From contig CAYMBN010000011.1 in assembly GCA_964388715.1 (NCBI GenBank), forward strand, positions 1 to 52,656: a DNA stretch of 52,656 bases, read 5' to 3'. The stretch is from an uncultured Methanosarcinales archaeon (GTDB taxonomy: Archaea; Nanobdellota; Nanobdellia; Woesearchaeales; CAYMBN01). Positions 17,756-27,030 of this stretch are shown here, piece after piece (position 1 is the stretch's first letter; each line of letters starts with the position of its first letter). The notes under the pieces were generated by a model, which saw nothing but the letters and a program-made list of their open reading frames with translations, had not been told where the DNA came from and did not search any database. The position numbers were made by a program, and so were the translations under genes.

Positions 17756-19516
17756 TTACCAATCATAAGTAGGTGCTACGTATGCTTTGTTAGACCAACT
17801 TGGCATTGACATTGCAGAAGAAAAGATTTCTTTGTCATATCCTGATGATGATGAGGATGAAGAAGATGATCCTGAAGAGCTTGATGATCCACTTCCTGGA
17901 TATGATGGGAATTGTTTGGTTGTGAATTCAACTGTTTTTTGTTCAGGTTTCTTAAAAGTTCTTCCTCCTAATGCTTGCGCTTTATCAAGGTCTGGTTGTG
18001 CCCTGGTTGTATCTCCTAAATCTAAATTGTAGTAAACAGTTCCTCTATTAAAGTAAGCATCAGCATAATTAGGTGATAATTCTATTACTTTTGTATAATC
18101 TGAGATTGCTTTATTATACTCTTCTGAAGACTTTGACATATCTCCATTCATATAAGATTCTACACCTAATTTTGCATATACATTTCCTCTATTCAAGTAT
18201 GCTAAAGCAGAACTTGGATCTAATTCAATAGCTTTGGTTGCATCTGATATTGCCTTTGAATAATCTTTTAACATACCATGTGAACTTCCCCGAGAAATGT
18301 ATGCTAAAGTGTAATCTGGGTTTAATTGAATTACTTTATCAAAATCAAGGATAGCACTAGAATATTCTTCTGATTCACCATAAGCATCTCCTCTGTTGTA
18401 ATATACTTCTGCATCTGTTGAACCAAGTTCTATAACTTTGCTATAATCAGTTATTGCATTTTCATATTCTTCTAACCAATAATATGCTCTTGCTCTGCTA
18501 TAATATTTGTTAGCATCATTTGGGTTTTGTTGGATTGCTGTGTCATAATCAGCTACAGCACTTTTATCATCTCCTAGTGCATTAAGTAGTTGGTAAGCTG
18601 AAATTCTGCCTTTGTGTGCTTTTGAATCTCTTGGATTAAGTTCAATAACTTTATCATAATCAGATATTGCTTTTGAAGCACTGGATATATCTTTAGATGT
18701 TACACCTAAAAACCAATAAGCTGTTCCTCTATTATAATATGCTTTAAAATTTTCTGGATCAAATTCAATGTTTTTACTGAAATCAGATATTGCGTTAGAG
18801 TAATCACCTGCTTGATAGTAAATACTTCCTCTATCATAGTATGCAGGAGCAAATTCTGGGTTTAATTCAATAACTTTGGTGTAATCAGATGAAGCTTTAG
18901 AACTGTCTCCTAAATCACTGTGAATAGATGCTCTAAGATAATAAGTTTTGAATAATCCTTCAGAGTCTTGTGTGCTAAATTCTATTGCTTTGTCTAAGTC
19001 TGATACTGCTTTAGAAAATTCTCCAAGCATACCATAAATCATGCCTCTATTGAAAAACGTGTCAGCATCTTGTGGGAATAGTTCAATTGCTTTGTCATAA
19101 TCAGATAATGCACTAGAACTATCTCCTTTTGCTTGGTAAACAGAACCTCTGTTTCTATATGATATAACATCACTAGGGTTTGTTTCAATAGCTTTGCTAA
19201 AATCTGATATTGCTTTGGAATTTTCTCCGAGCATTGCATAAGCAGTTCCTCTGCTAGAATATGCTAAAGTGTACTCTGGATCAAGTTCAATTGCTTTTTC
19301 ATAATCTAGTATTGCTTTATCATAGTCTCCTGAATTTGCACTAGAATCACCACTTTGCATGTATTCTTCAACTGAAGTTGTTTGCGGTTCTTGGACTTCT
19401 TCTGGTGTTTCAATTGTTTGTTGAATTGGTTCATCTGTTGGTGTTTGTTTTTGTCCACAGCCACTTATAAGAATAACCATTAATACTAAAATACATATCA
19501 GCTCTTTTTTGTTCAT
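17756..19516 (-). CDS. TPR-repeat lipoprotein
   Basis: Signal peptide with lipobox ISG-C; more than a dozen AYxxRG...AIxD(Y/F)xK(A/V)IEL repeats; Ser-rich tail. Confidence 0.9.
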   Translation of the reverse strand: MNKKELICILVLMVILISGCGQKQTPTDEPIQQTIETPEEVQEPQTTSVEEYMQSGDSSANSGDYDKAILDYEKAIELDPEYTLAYSSRGTAYAMLGENSKAISDFSKAIETNPSDVISYRNRGSVYQAKGDSSSALSDYDKAIELFPQDADTFFNRGMIYGMLGEFSKAVSDLDKAIEFSTQDSEGLFKTYYLRASIHSDLGDSSKASSDYTKVIELNPEFAPAYYDRGSIYYQAGDYSNAISDFSKNIEFDPENFKAYYNRGTAYWFLGVTSKDISSASKAISDYDKVIELNPRDSKAHKGRISAYQLLNALGDDKSAVADYDTAIQQNPNDANKYYSRARAYYWLEEYENAITDYSKVIELGSTDAEVYYNRGDAYGESEEYSSAILDFDKVIQLNPDYTLAYISRGSSHGMLKDYSKAISDATKAIELDPSSALAYLNRGNVYAKLGVESYMNGDMSKSSEEYNKAISDYTKVIELSPNYADAYFNRGTVYYNLDLGDTTRAQPDLDKAQALGGRTFKKPEQKTVEFTTKQFPSYPGSGSSSSSGSSSSSSSSSGYDKEIFSSAMSMPSWSNKAYVAPTYDW

Positions 19517-19622
19517 TTTTATATTTGTTTGATTATCAACTATATAATTGTTTCGGAATGAAAATAGAAACATTTATATATTATTACTTTTAATAATATT
19601 AATAGAAGTATTAATATTAATA

Positions 19623-19817
19623 ATGAAGAAAGGAAGTAAGTTTGTTGGAAAGGCGAAATTGACTACTCAAGGACAGCTTACGCTACCTCTGGAAGCACGG
19701 AAAGACCTTGATATTAAGGATGGCGCTGAGTTGTATTGGTATGAAGTTGGTGGGATGCTTGTTGCACTTCCTAAATTAATTAGTTTAGAAGAGTTAGCTA
19801 GAAAGGTGAAAAAGTAA
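19623..19817 (+). CDS. AbrB/MazE/SpoVT-family DNA-binding protein
   Basis: KLTTQGQLTLPLEARKDLDIKDG. Confidence 0.85.
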   Translation: MKKGSKFVGKAKLTTQGQLTLPLEARKDLDIKDGAELYWYEVGGMLVALPKLISLEELARKVKK

Positions 19818-19819
19818 AA

Positions 19820-21523
19820 ATGCAAAACATATTCATTGACATTGGAATTATAATTATAATTGCAACTTTGTTTGCTTATTTAGCTAGATTGCTTAGGCAA
19901 CCACTTATTCCTGCGTATATTATCACTGGGTTAGTTATCGGACCAATTTATGGGTTGATAACAAACACTTCAACAATACATACTTTGTCTGAGATTGGTA
20001 TTGCATTCTTATTGTTTATCGTTGGTTTAGATATTGACTTTAGGAAATTAAAGAATGTTTCGTTTGTATCATCAGCAGGAGGATTGATACAATCATTTAC
20101 TTTGTTTATCATTGGTTTTGTTATTGCAATTGGATTTGGTTTTGTACAGATGGAAGCTGCTTATATTGGATTGATATTAGCATTCTCTTCAACAATGGTT
20201 GTTATCAAATTATTGTCTGATAAAAGAGAGATTGATACATTGCATGCAAGGATGATAATTGGTTTCTTGTTAATGGAAGATTTTTTAGCTGTTTTAGCTT
20301 TATCAATTATAACAACATTAAGTGAGTTTACATTTAGTTTGTTGGTTTTATCTTTTATTAAAGGTATAATTGTTGCGCTTGTTGCATTTTTTTCTAGCAA
20401 ATATATTTTTCCGTACATTTACAAGTTTGCAGCTAAGTCACAGGAATTGTTGTTTTTGACATCAATAGCTTCATGTTTCTTGTTTGCATTATTGTTTTAT
20501 TATATTGGGTTTTCAATTGCAATTGGTGCGTTTGCAGCTGGACTTACATTAGGTAATTTACCTTATTCAGTTGAGATAATAAGTAAGGTGAAATCATTGA
20601 AGGATTTTTTCGCAACAATATTTTTTGTTTCGCTTGGTATGACAATGGTGTTGGCTAATATTCAACAGTTTGTTATACCTGCTATTGTAATACTTTTGAT
20701 TGTTTTATTATTTAAACCGCTTTTGTGTATGACAATATGTTCATTGTTTGGTTATAAGAAAAGGCCTAGTTTTTTAACTGCAATATCACTAGCAGAGACA
20801 AGTGAATTTTCATTGATAATGGTATCACTTGGTTTTACATTAGGGCATATAAGTCAGAATATTCTTTCATTGGCTATAATTATTGCAATAATTACAATGA
20901 CAATTGCAACTTATACGATCAAATATGATGATACATTCTATAAATTATTCTCAAAAAAATTGAATATTTTTGAGAAACTTTCTAAGAAAACCAGAGGGCT
21001 TGAACATTTTCCTGATAAATTAAAGTATGATGTTGTTTTGTGTGGTTATAATAGGATAGGTTATTCTATAATTAAAACATTAAAGAGAAGTAAGAAAAGT
21101 GTTTTGGTTGTTGATTTTAATCCTGAGGTTATTAATCGGTTGGTTGATGAAGGTACTCCTTGTATTTATGGTGATGTAGGTGATATAGAAGTTATTGATA
21201 GGATTGATTTTAAGAAAGTTAAACTACTTATATCAACTGTACCTCAAAGAGGGGATAATAAACTTTTGATTAAGAGAATTAAAGAATTAAATAAAAAAAC
21301 AATTGTGTTTGTGACTGCTTCACAAGTTGAGGATGCATTGAAATTGTATAAGGCAGGTGCTGATTATGTTATTTTGCCACATTTCCTTGGAGGGGAGTAT
21401 GTTTCATTGATGATAAGCAAATTTAAAGATAATTTTAAGAAAGCCTTAAAAGGGAAGATGAAATTCGTTAAAGAATTGGAACAAAGAAGGAGACTTGGAC
21501 ATGAACACCCTGCACACCATTAA
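19820..21523 (+). CDS. CPA2 cation:proton antiporter with TrkA-N domain (Kef-type)
   Basis: ~13 TM helices, FSSTMVVIKLL, GYNRIG, IYGD, GADYVILP. Confidence 0.92.
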   Translation: MQNIFIDIGIIIIIATLFAYLARLLRQPLIPAYIITGLVIGPIYGLITNTSTIHTLSEIGIAFLLFIVGLDIDFRKLKNVSFVSSAGGLIQSFTLFIIGFVIAIGFGFVQMEAAYIGLILAFSSTMVVIKLLSDKREIDTLHARMIIGFLLMEDFLAVLALSIITTLSEFTFSLLVLSFIKGIIVALVAFFSSKYIFPYIYKFAAKSQELLFLTSIASCFLFALLFYYIGFSIAIGAFAAGLTLGNLPYSVEIISKVKSLKDFFATIFFVSLGMTMVLANIQQFVIPAIVILLIVLLFKPLLCMTICSLFGYKKRPSFLTAISLAETSEFSLIMVSLGFTLGHISQNILSLAIIIAIITMTIATYTIKYDDTFYKLFSKKLNIFEKLSKKTRGLEHFPDKLKYDVVLCGYNRIGYSIIKTLKRSKKSVLVVDFNPEVINRLVDEGTPCIYGDVGDIEVIDRIDFKKVKLLISTVPQRGDNKLLIKRIKELNKKTIVFVTASQVEDALKLYKAGADYVILPHFLGGEYVSLMISKFKDNFKKALKGKMKFVKELEQRRRLGHEHPAHH

Positions 21524-21758
21524 ACAGAAAGCAAAAGCTATTGAGCCTATTGTAAGGATTGGTAAGAATGGTATCACTGATAATCAGGTTAATGAAGTGA
21601 AGAAAGTTCTTAAGACTAAGAAACTGGTTAAGATTAAGTTGTTGAAATCTTTTGTTAAAGGAAAGGATAGGAAAAAGATTGCAAAAGAATTAGCTGAGAA
21701 GAGTGGTGGCAAGTTAATTGATTGTGTTGGACATGTTGTGGTTTTGTGGAAGAGATAG
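21501..21758 (+). CDS. YhbY/CRM RNA-binding protein
   Basis: PIVRIGKNGIT...LVKIK...GHVVVLW. Confidence 0.9.
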   Translation: MNTLHTIKQKAKAIEPIVRIGKNGITDNQVNEVKKVLKTKKLVKIKLLKSFVKGKDRKKIAKELAEKSGGKLIDCVGHVVVLWKR

Positions 21759-21880
21759 TTTTTGGATTGAATTCTCTTTAATTTTTTTAGATATTTTATA
21801 TTAGAAATTCTAAAGTGAATAATTATATGATTGTTTATGGAAAGATTTAAATATCATAAGTTTGGGATGGTAAGATTACT

Positions 21881-22372
21881 ATGAAATCAATTACATCACC
21901 TTATATTGAAGTAAGAAGGTCAGGAATACATAATAGAGGAGTTTTTGCTAAAGAGAATATTTCTAAAGGTATAAGAGTTGTTGAGTATGTTGGGGAAAAG
22001 ATTACTAAAGAGGAATCTGATAAAAGGATTGATAAAAGTTTGGAAGATGCTGAAAAAAATAGTAAGAATGGTGAAACTTATATTTTTGAACTTGATGATA
22101 AATATGATATTGATGGAAATGTGCCTTATAATTCTGCAAGACTTATTAATCATTCATGTGAACCTAATTGCGAAACTGATATAATTGATGGTAAAATCTG
22201 GATAATTGCTCTAAGAAATATTAAAAAAGGTGAGGAGATTACATATGATTATGCGTTTGATCTAGATGGTTTTGAAGATTATCCTTGTAAGTGCGGTTCT
22301 AAAAATTGTGTTGGATATATTGTTTCAGATGATCATTGGGATGAGTTAAGTAAGGCTGTTAAAGAAAAATAA
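21881..22372 (+). CDS. SET-domain protein-lysine methyltransferase with post-SET
   Basis: SGIHNRGVFA, RLINHSCEPN, EEITYDY, CKCGSKNC. Confidence 0.93.
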   Translation: MKSITSPYIEVRRSGIHNRGVFAKENISKGIRVVEYVGEKITKEESDKRIDKSLEDAEKNSKNGETYIFELDDKYDIDGNVPYNSARLINHSCEPNCETDIIDGKIWIIALRNIKKGEEITYDYAFDLDGFEDYPCKCGSKNCVGYIVSDDHWDELSKAVKEK

Positions 22373-22411
22373 AAACAAAGATTTAAATACACTAAATAAA
22401 TAGTTCTTGTT

Positions 22412-23335
22412 ATGAGTTTTCAAACAATTATTCAAGTAGAGAAACCGCAGTTTTACATAGATATTTGTTTTAAAAGAGCAGAGAAAAAAGCGTCTCTTGT
22501 AAGATCATCTAGTAAATTTAGAGGTGATAGGTTAAAGAAATCTAAAAAGATAGAATTAATCAAGTTGGATGTTATTAAGGATGGTGCAGTTGCCCAGATT
22601 GATAAAATTCTTCATTCATTTCCACAGCTTGATGATTTGACTGTGTTTTATCAACAGCTAGTAAGATGTTTTATTGATTATGGTTATTTGAAAAAATCGC
22701 TTGGAGCATTGAATTGGGCAAAGAAGAAAATAAATGAGTTTTGTTCAATGTATAAAGGAAAGATTCAGAGAACCAATGAACTGAAAATTATTAATAAGTA
22801 TAGAAAAGAGTTCTATGGTAGGTTTTCTTCTGTTTTTAAGCAGATAAAAAAACAGTTAGCGTATCTTGAAGAGTCTAGAAGAATACTGAAGTCTTTTCCT
22901 GTTATTAAGTCAATGACTACAATTGCGATTGCAGGTTTTCCAAATGTTGGTAAAACTACTTTATTATTTAATCTGACTGGGTCAAAACCTGAAATAAATT
23001 CTTATCCTTTTACAACAAAGAACATTAATGTTTCATATATGGTAAAAAATAAAAAAAAGATTCAGTTGTTGGATACTCCTGGTACATTGAATAGATTCAA
23101 TAAGATGAATTTTATTGAAAAACAATCTTACCTTGCAATGAAATATTGTGCTGATCAAATTATATATGTTTTTGATTTGACAGAACCGTATCCGTTGAAT
23201 GATCAGTTAAAGTTGTACAGAAGTCTTAAGAAGTTTGATAAAAAGATATTGGTTCATATAAGTAAAAAGGATATTGTTGAAGAGCATGAAGTAGAACGTT
23301 TTATGAATAAACATCATTTTGATTATTTAGAATGA
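22412..23335 (+). CDS. NOG1-family GTPase
   Basis: GFPNVGKT, YPFTT and DTPG motifs; helical N-domain. Confidence 0.92.
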   Translation: MSFQTIIQVEKPQFYIDICFKRAEKKASLVRSSSKFRGDRLKKSKKIELIKLDVIKDGAVAQIDKILHSFPQLDDLTVFYQQLVRCFIDYGYLKKSLGALNWAKKKINEFCSMYKGKIQRTNELKIINKYRKEFYGRFSSVFKQIKKQLAYLEESRRILKSFPVIKSMTTIAIAGFPNVGKTTLLFNLTGSKPEINSYPFTTKNINVSYMVKNKKKIQLLDTPGTLNRFNKMNFIEKQSYLAMKYCADQIIYVFDLTEPYPLNDQLKLYRSLKKFDKKILVHISKKDIVEEHEVERFMNKHHFDYLE

Positions 23336-23344
23336 GGTGTAATT

Positions 23345-23461
23345 ATGGATTTAAGTTTTTTAACAAAAATATTTGAAATGTTTAAAGAATATCCATTACA
23401 AGCTTTTATTGTTTTAGCAATCGGGGTTATAATTGGAAAATTCTTTTGGAAAAGTAATTAA
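23345..23461 (+). CDS. 38-aa single-TM protein, not in ORF track
   Basis: GAGGTG RBS; MDLSFLTKIFEMFKEYPLQAFIVLAIGVIIGKFFWKSN*. Confidence 0.65.
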   Translation: MDLSFLTKIFEMFKEYPLQAFIVLAIGVIIGKFFWKSN

Positions 23462-24508
23462 TTATTTTTTGGTTTTTTTAATGTATACTTCTCGTGATGG
23501 GAATGGTATTTTAATCTTGGCTTTGTTTAGATCATTATAAATTCTTGATCTTACCTTGTCAAGTGATTCAAATTTGTTTTTGTAATTCCTGATAAAGAAT
23601 CTTAGTTCAAAGTTGATTGAAGAGTCACTAAATTCTTTGAAAAATACATATGGTTTTTTTGTTTCAACAAGATAATCTTGAACGATTTTTGTTGAGTCAA
23701 GGAGTATTTTTTTGACTTTGTTTACGTTTGAACCATATGCAACACCGACTGGTATAATGACTCTTTCCATTTTGCTTGGTTTTGCATAATTGATTATTCT
23801 TAGATTGCTTAGAACTCCGTTTGGGATTATGAGTAGTTCATTATCATATGTTTTTATTTTGGTTGATCTAAGTCCAATATCAATAACTTCTCCTACTTCG
23901 CCTGTATCAAGTTTTACTATGTCACCTGTTGTGAAATTTTTGTCAAGTACAAGAGATATTCCTCCCATTATATTTTTTAATGTGTCTTGTAAAGCTAAAC
24001 CAACTGCTAAACCTGCAATACCTAAACTTGTTAGCAAAGGTGTTATCTTGACGCCCCATTTATTGAGGATCATTAAGATAGTAATTATTATTATAAATAG
24101 TTTTGAGAATGATCTTAAAAACGGAATTATTTCATCATCATGTGCTGAGTTTGTTCTTAATCTTAATTTTTCTGACCAGACCCTGATTGCAATGTCAACA
24201 ATGTGTGCAACAATGTTCATTATTAATAATATAATTATAGAATCAATAATGCTTTTTATTATTGTGTTTGTTACTTGTATTCTTACTAAAGCTGCATTAA
24301 GTCCAACAAAAATAATAATGAATGCAAATGGTTTTTCTGTTTTTTCTAGAATTAAGTCATCAAGTTTTGTTTTTGTTCTTTTTGCAACTTTCATAAGATG
24401 TTTTTTGCTTATGTAAAGGATGAGAAGGCTGATGATAATAAAAATTGATACAATTGCAGCAGCTTGTACATATGAATTATTGATAATTTGTTGGATTGTT
24501 AGTTGCAT
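23462..24508 (-). CDS. MscS mechanosensitive channel
   Basis: LGIAGLAVGLALQDTL, IGLRSTKI, VGVAYGS, IPFP. Confidence 0.93.
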   Translation of the reverse strand: MQLTIQQIINNSYVQAAAIVSIFIIISLLILYISKKHLMKVAKRTKTKLDDLILEKTEKPFAFIIIFVGLNAALVRIQVTNTIIKSIIDSIIILLIMNIVAHIVDIAIRVWSEKLRLRTNSAHDDEIIPFLRSFSKLFIIIITILMILNKWGVKITPLLTSLGIAGLAVGLALQDTLKNIMGGISLVLDKNFTTGDIVKLDTGEVGEVIDIGLRSTKIKTYDNELLIIPNGVLSNLRIINYAKPSKMERVIIPVGVAYGSNVNKVKKILLDSTKIVQDYLVETKKPYVFFKEFSDSSINFELRFFIRNYKNKFESLDKVRSRIYNDLNKAKIKIPFPSREVYIKKTKK

Positions 24509-24565
24509 ATGGGTATATCTTGCTTATTACTATAAAAAGATTTGTCTATATTCAAGAGTAACAAA

Positions 24566-25087
24566 TTATTTCTCTACAACTTCAATTCTGTAAGAATTAG
24601 GTAATTTATGTGATGCTCTTTTAAGTGCTGTTTTAGCTGTGCTTAAATTTTGTTTGTTAACTTTTATTGTTAATACTGTTTGTCCTTTTTTTACTCTTGC
24701 TGCTCTACCAATAGCTTTACCAAATGAATGGCTCATACCTGTGCTCATCCTATCTGCACCTGCACCTGCTGCTAAAGGATTTTCTCTTAGAACGTGATGT
24801 GGATATACTTTGAATTTGAAAAAATATGCTTTTTTACCAAGTTTGTTTTCGACTAATCTGTTAGCTGTTTGTCTTGCACTTTCAAGTGCATTGTATCTAA
24901 TCTGTAAATCTGTTTTTGAGACAAGATTAAGTGTATGTGAGAATTTTTTAGAAGGGTCACCCATCTCAAATTTGACCAAAGTCATGTGTGGGTTTGCCTT
25001 TACATAAGACTTTTTCTTATACTTAGATACTCTTGTGTAAGGTCTTTCAAGCCTTCTATATGCAATAAACTTTCTTATTCTTGCCAT
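24566..25087 (-). CDS. rpl10e: 50S ribosomal protein uL16 (L10e)
   Basis: ALESAR, YPHHVLREN, GADRMSTGM. Confidence 0.96.
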   Translation of the reverse strand: MARIRKFIAYRRLERPYTRVSKYKKKSYVKANPHMTLVKFEMGDPSKKFSHTLNLVSKTDLQIRYNALESARQTANRLVENKLGKKAYFFKFKVYPHHVLRENPLAAGAGADRMSTGMSHSFGKAIGRAARVKKGQTVLTIKVNKQNLSTAKTALKRASHKLPNSYRIEVVEK

Positions 25088-25135
25088 TTTACACGTAAGA
25101 ATAAGTGGGTATTTTTAAAGCTTTCGGCTAAGCCG

Positions 25136-25180
25136 AAACCGTTTAGAAATTTCAAAGAAATTTCTAAAAGCTTTTGGAAA
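25136..25180. repeat. short palindromic element of the same family
   Basis: AAACCGTTTAGAAATTTCAAAGAAATTTCTAAA. Confidence 0.6.
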
Positions 25181-25209
25181 TGATAAGTGGCAAAGGCACT
25201 ATGCATATA

Positions 25210-25965
25210 TTATTGTTGTCTAGAATTAAAATACAAGTCTAAATCTTGTTGTGATTTGGCTATGTTTTCTTTTTTAGTGGTTTCGATTATGATTTTCCTG
25301 ATTTTAGAGAAGTCGAGTTGGTCAAATATGTGTTTCCAGTTAAGAGTTCCATCACTTAGTGCATTATGGTTATCATGTTCTCCAAAATTATTGTGTGCAT
25401 GAAGGTATATGATTCTGTCTTTAACTTTTTTTACAAATTCACCTATTTCACAGCCAAGTTTTTTATGGTAAGCACTTTTGTTAATATGGCCAATGTCAAG
25501 GTTGAATCCGATGTCAGGGAATCTGTTGAGAATATCTAGCATTACTTCTGCATGTGCAACTGAATTACACTCATAAATCATCTGGACATTATGTTGTTTT
25601 GCAAAGTTGATAATCTCTCTTAGTTGTTGTTCTTCAGATTCAGTAAGTTTTTCACCTTTCAAATGAAAGATGAGTTCTTTTATATCAAGCATTTCGCATA
25701 GTATGATTTCTGATTTTAATGTATGAAGTTCAGTTATTGTGAATTGGTCTACTCCTGTAAATATGCTTTTAGTTGCAGAATGTAGGCTCACATCATAACC
25801 TTTTAGAAGTTCTTTGATATTGTATTTTTTAAGCCACCAAGGATCAAAAGGTAGTCTTGTTTGTCTTCTATAGATTTCGATTACTTTATACTTTTGAGTA
25901 TCTAATTCGTCAAACCAGTTTCTTGGACTAAATATTTTTGTTGAAATTCCAATTTTTGGTGTCAT
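25210..25965 (-). CDS. sugar-phosphate isomerase/epimerase / AP-endonuclease-2 TIM barrel
   Basis: SLH, YE, LDIGH, HAHNN, DNH, IIE metal ligands. Confidence 0.85.
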   Translation of the reverse strand: MTPKIGISTKIFSPRNWFDELDTQKYKVIEIYRRQTRLPFDPWWLKKYNIKELLKGYDVSLHSATKSIFTGVDQFTITELHTLKSEIILCEMLDIKELIFHLKGEKLTESEEQQLREIINFAKQHNVQMIYECNSVAHAEVMLDILNRFPDIGFNLDIGHINKSAYHKKLGCEIGEFVKKVKDRIIYLHAHNNFGEHDNHNALSDGTLNWKHIFDQLDFSKIRKIIIETTKKENIAKSQQDLDLYFNSRQQ

Positions 25966-26022
25966 AGTGGATAGATTATGTGTTTATTTATAAATATTAG
26001 GCTTTGAAATTGCGGATTTTTT

Positions 26023-26152
26023 ATTTAAACTAATCGAAAGGTTTTTGAAATACAGTGGTATTTCTAAACTTTTAGAAAAACAGAGTTTTTCTAAACGGTT
26101 TAAAAAACAGAGCTTTTTAAAACCATTTCGATTTAAACTAATCGAAAGGTTT
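26023..26152. repeat. three-hairpin palindromic element flanked by a perfect 22-bp direct repeat
   Basis: ATTTAAACTAATCGAAAGGTTT at 26023-26044 and 26131-26152. Confidence 0.75.
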
Positions 26153-26212
26153 ATAAAGGAAAGTGTACTCTTTATCTCTATAAAATACTTATAAAAAGAG
26201 AGGTGGCTTATT

Positions 26213-26797
26213 ATGTATAAAAGAAAGAGGGCAAGTCTTAGTATTTCTATAAATGCAATTGTTATTTTGATTTTGGCTATAACCATTCTTGGCTTAGGTT
26301 TAGGATTTATTAAAAAGCAGTTTGGTAGTGTTGAAGAACAATTTACACAAGTTAGTTCTGAAATTAAGAATGAAATGATTAATAAGATTAAACAGTCAGG
26401 TGATTTACTTGTCATGGACAGGATTGAGTTTGAGATTTCTCAAGGAAAGCCTGAAAAATTCTATATAGGTGTGCATAATACTGATAGTGACGCTGCGTGT
26501 TTTAATGTTAAGTTTGAATGTAAGTCAGCTTTGACAGGAATATGTGATGCTCCTGAAGATGGTATCTCTGGTTTAGAATGGTTTAAGACATTTGAAAAGC
26601 AACTTGTTAAACCTGGTGAAACAGCTGTTTTACCTGTAACATTACTAGCAACAGGCGCGTCTGATACTTATCTTGCAAAAGTAACTAGTTTTAAATATGA
26701 TGCAACTGATAGTGGTTGTGGTACAGGAGCTATAACTAATTGGGATGACGCAGGAACTGAACATAATTCAAAAGAATTTTATGTAACATTAAGGTGA
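26213..26797 (+). CDS. pilin-like protein with class III signal peptide
   Basis: KRKRA|SLSISINAIVILILAITILGLGL. Confidence 0.75.
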   Translation: MYKRKRASLSISINAIVILILAITILGLGLGFIKKQFGSVEEQFTQVSSEIKNEMINKIKQSGDLLVMDRIEFEISQGKPEKFYIGVHNTDSDAACFNVKFECKSALTGICDAPEDGISGLEWFKTFEKQLVKPGETAVLPVTLLATGASDTYLAKVTSFKYDATDSGCGTGAITNWDDAGTEHNSKEFYVTLR

Positions 26798-26802
26798 TTA
26801 TA

Positions 26803-27015
26803 ATGAAAAAAAGACTAACTACTCAACAAGAATTTGATGTAATGAAACTTGTACTGGATAAATTCCTTTGGTTAGGTTTCATTATTATGGCATATGGTTT
26901 GTACAGAATGATTGTGACTGCGATGAATGACGGTATTTATTATATTATCAGTGGTGCAGTATTGTTGATATTGTTCCTAGTGATTATTGTAAAGGAATAC
27001 GAAGTTATTCGTTGA
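26803..27015 (+). CDS. small 2-TM membrane protein
   Basis: AGGTGA RBS; two hydrophobic segments. Confidence 0.75.
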   Translation: MKKRLTTQQEFDVMKLVLDKFLWLGFIIMAYGLYRMIVTAMNDGIYYIISGAVLLILFLVIIVKEYEVIR

Positions 27016-27030
27016 TTTTTATTTTTTAAA

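Noticed and set aside
17840..17900. GATGA trinucleotide-like repeat
   Set aside because: It encodes the Ser-rich linker of the TPR lipoprotein.
21841..22389. AAAGATTTAAATA repeat flanking the SET gene as a cassette boundary
   Set aside because: Only 13 bp and equal to the common promoter consensus.
23790..24416. Long antisense ORFs (also 4189-4668, 25984-26415, 13688-14047 and similar)
   Set aside because: They are shadows of well-supported genes on the opposite strand and have no motifs.
26023..26152. CRISPR mini-array
   Set aside because: Only two repeats, an 86-bp palindromic interval and no cas genes.
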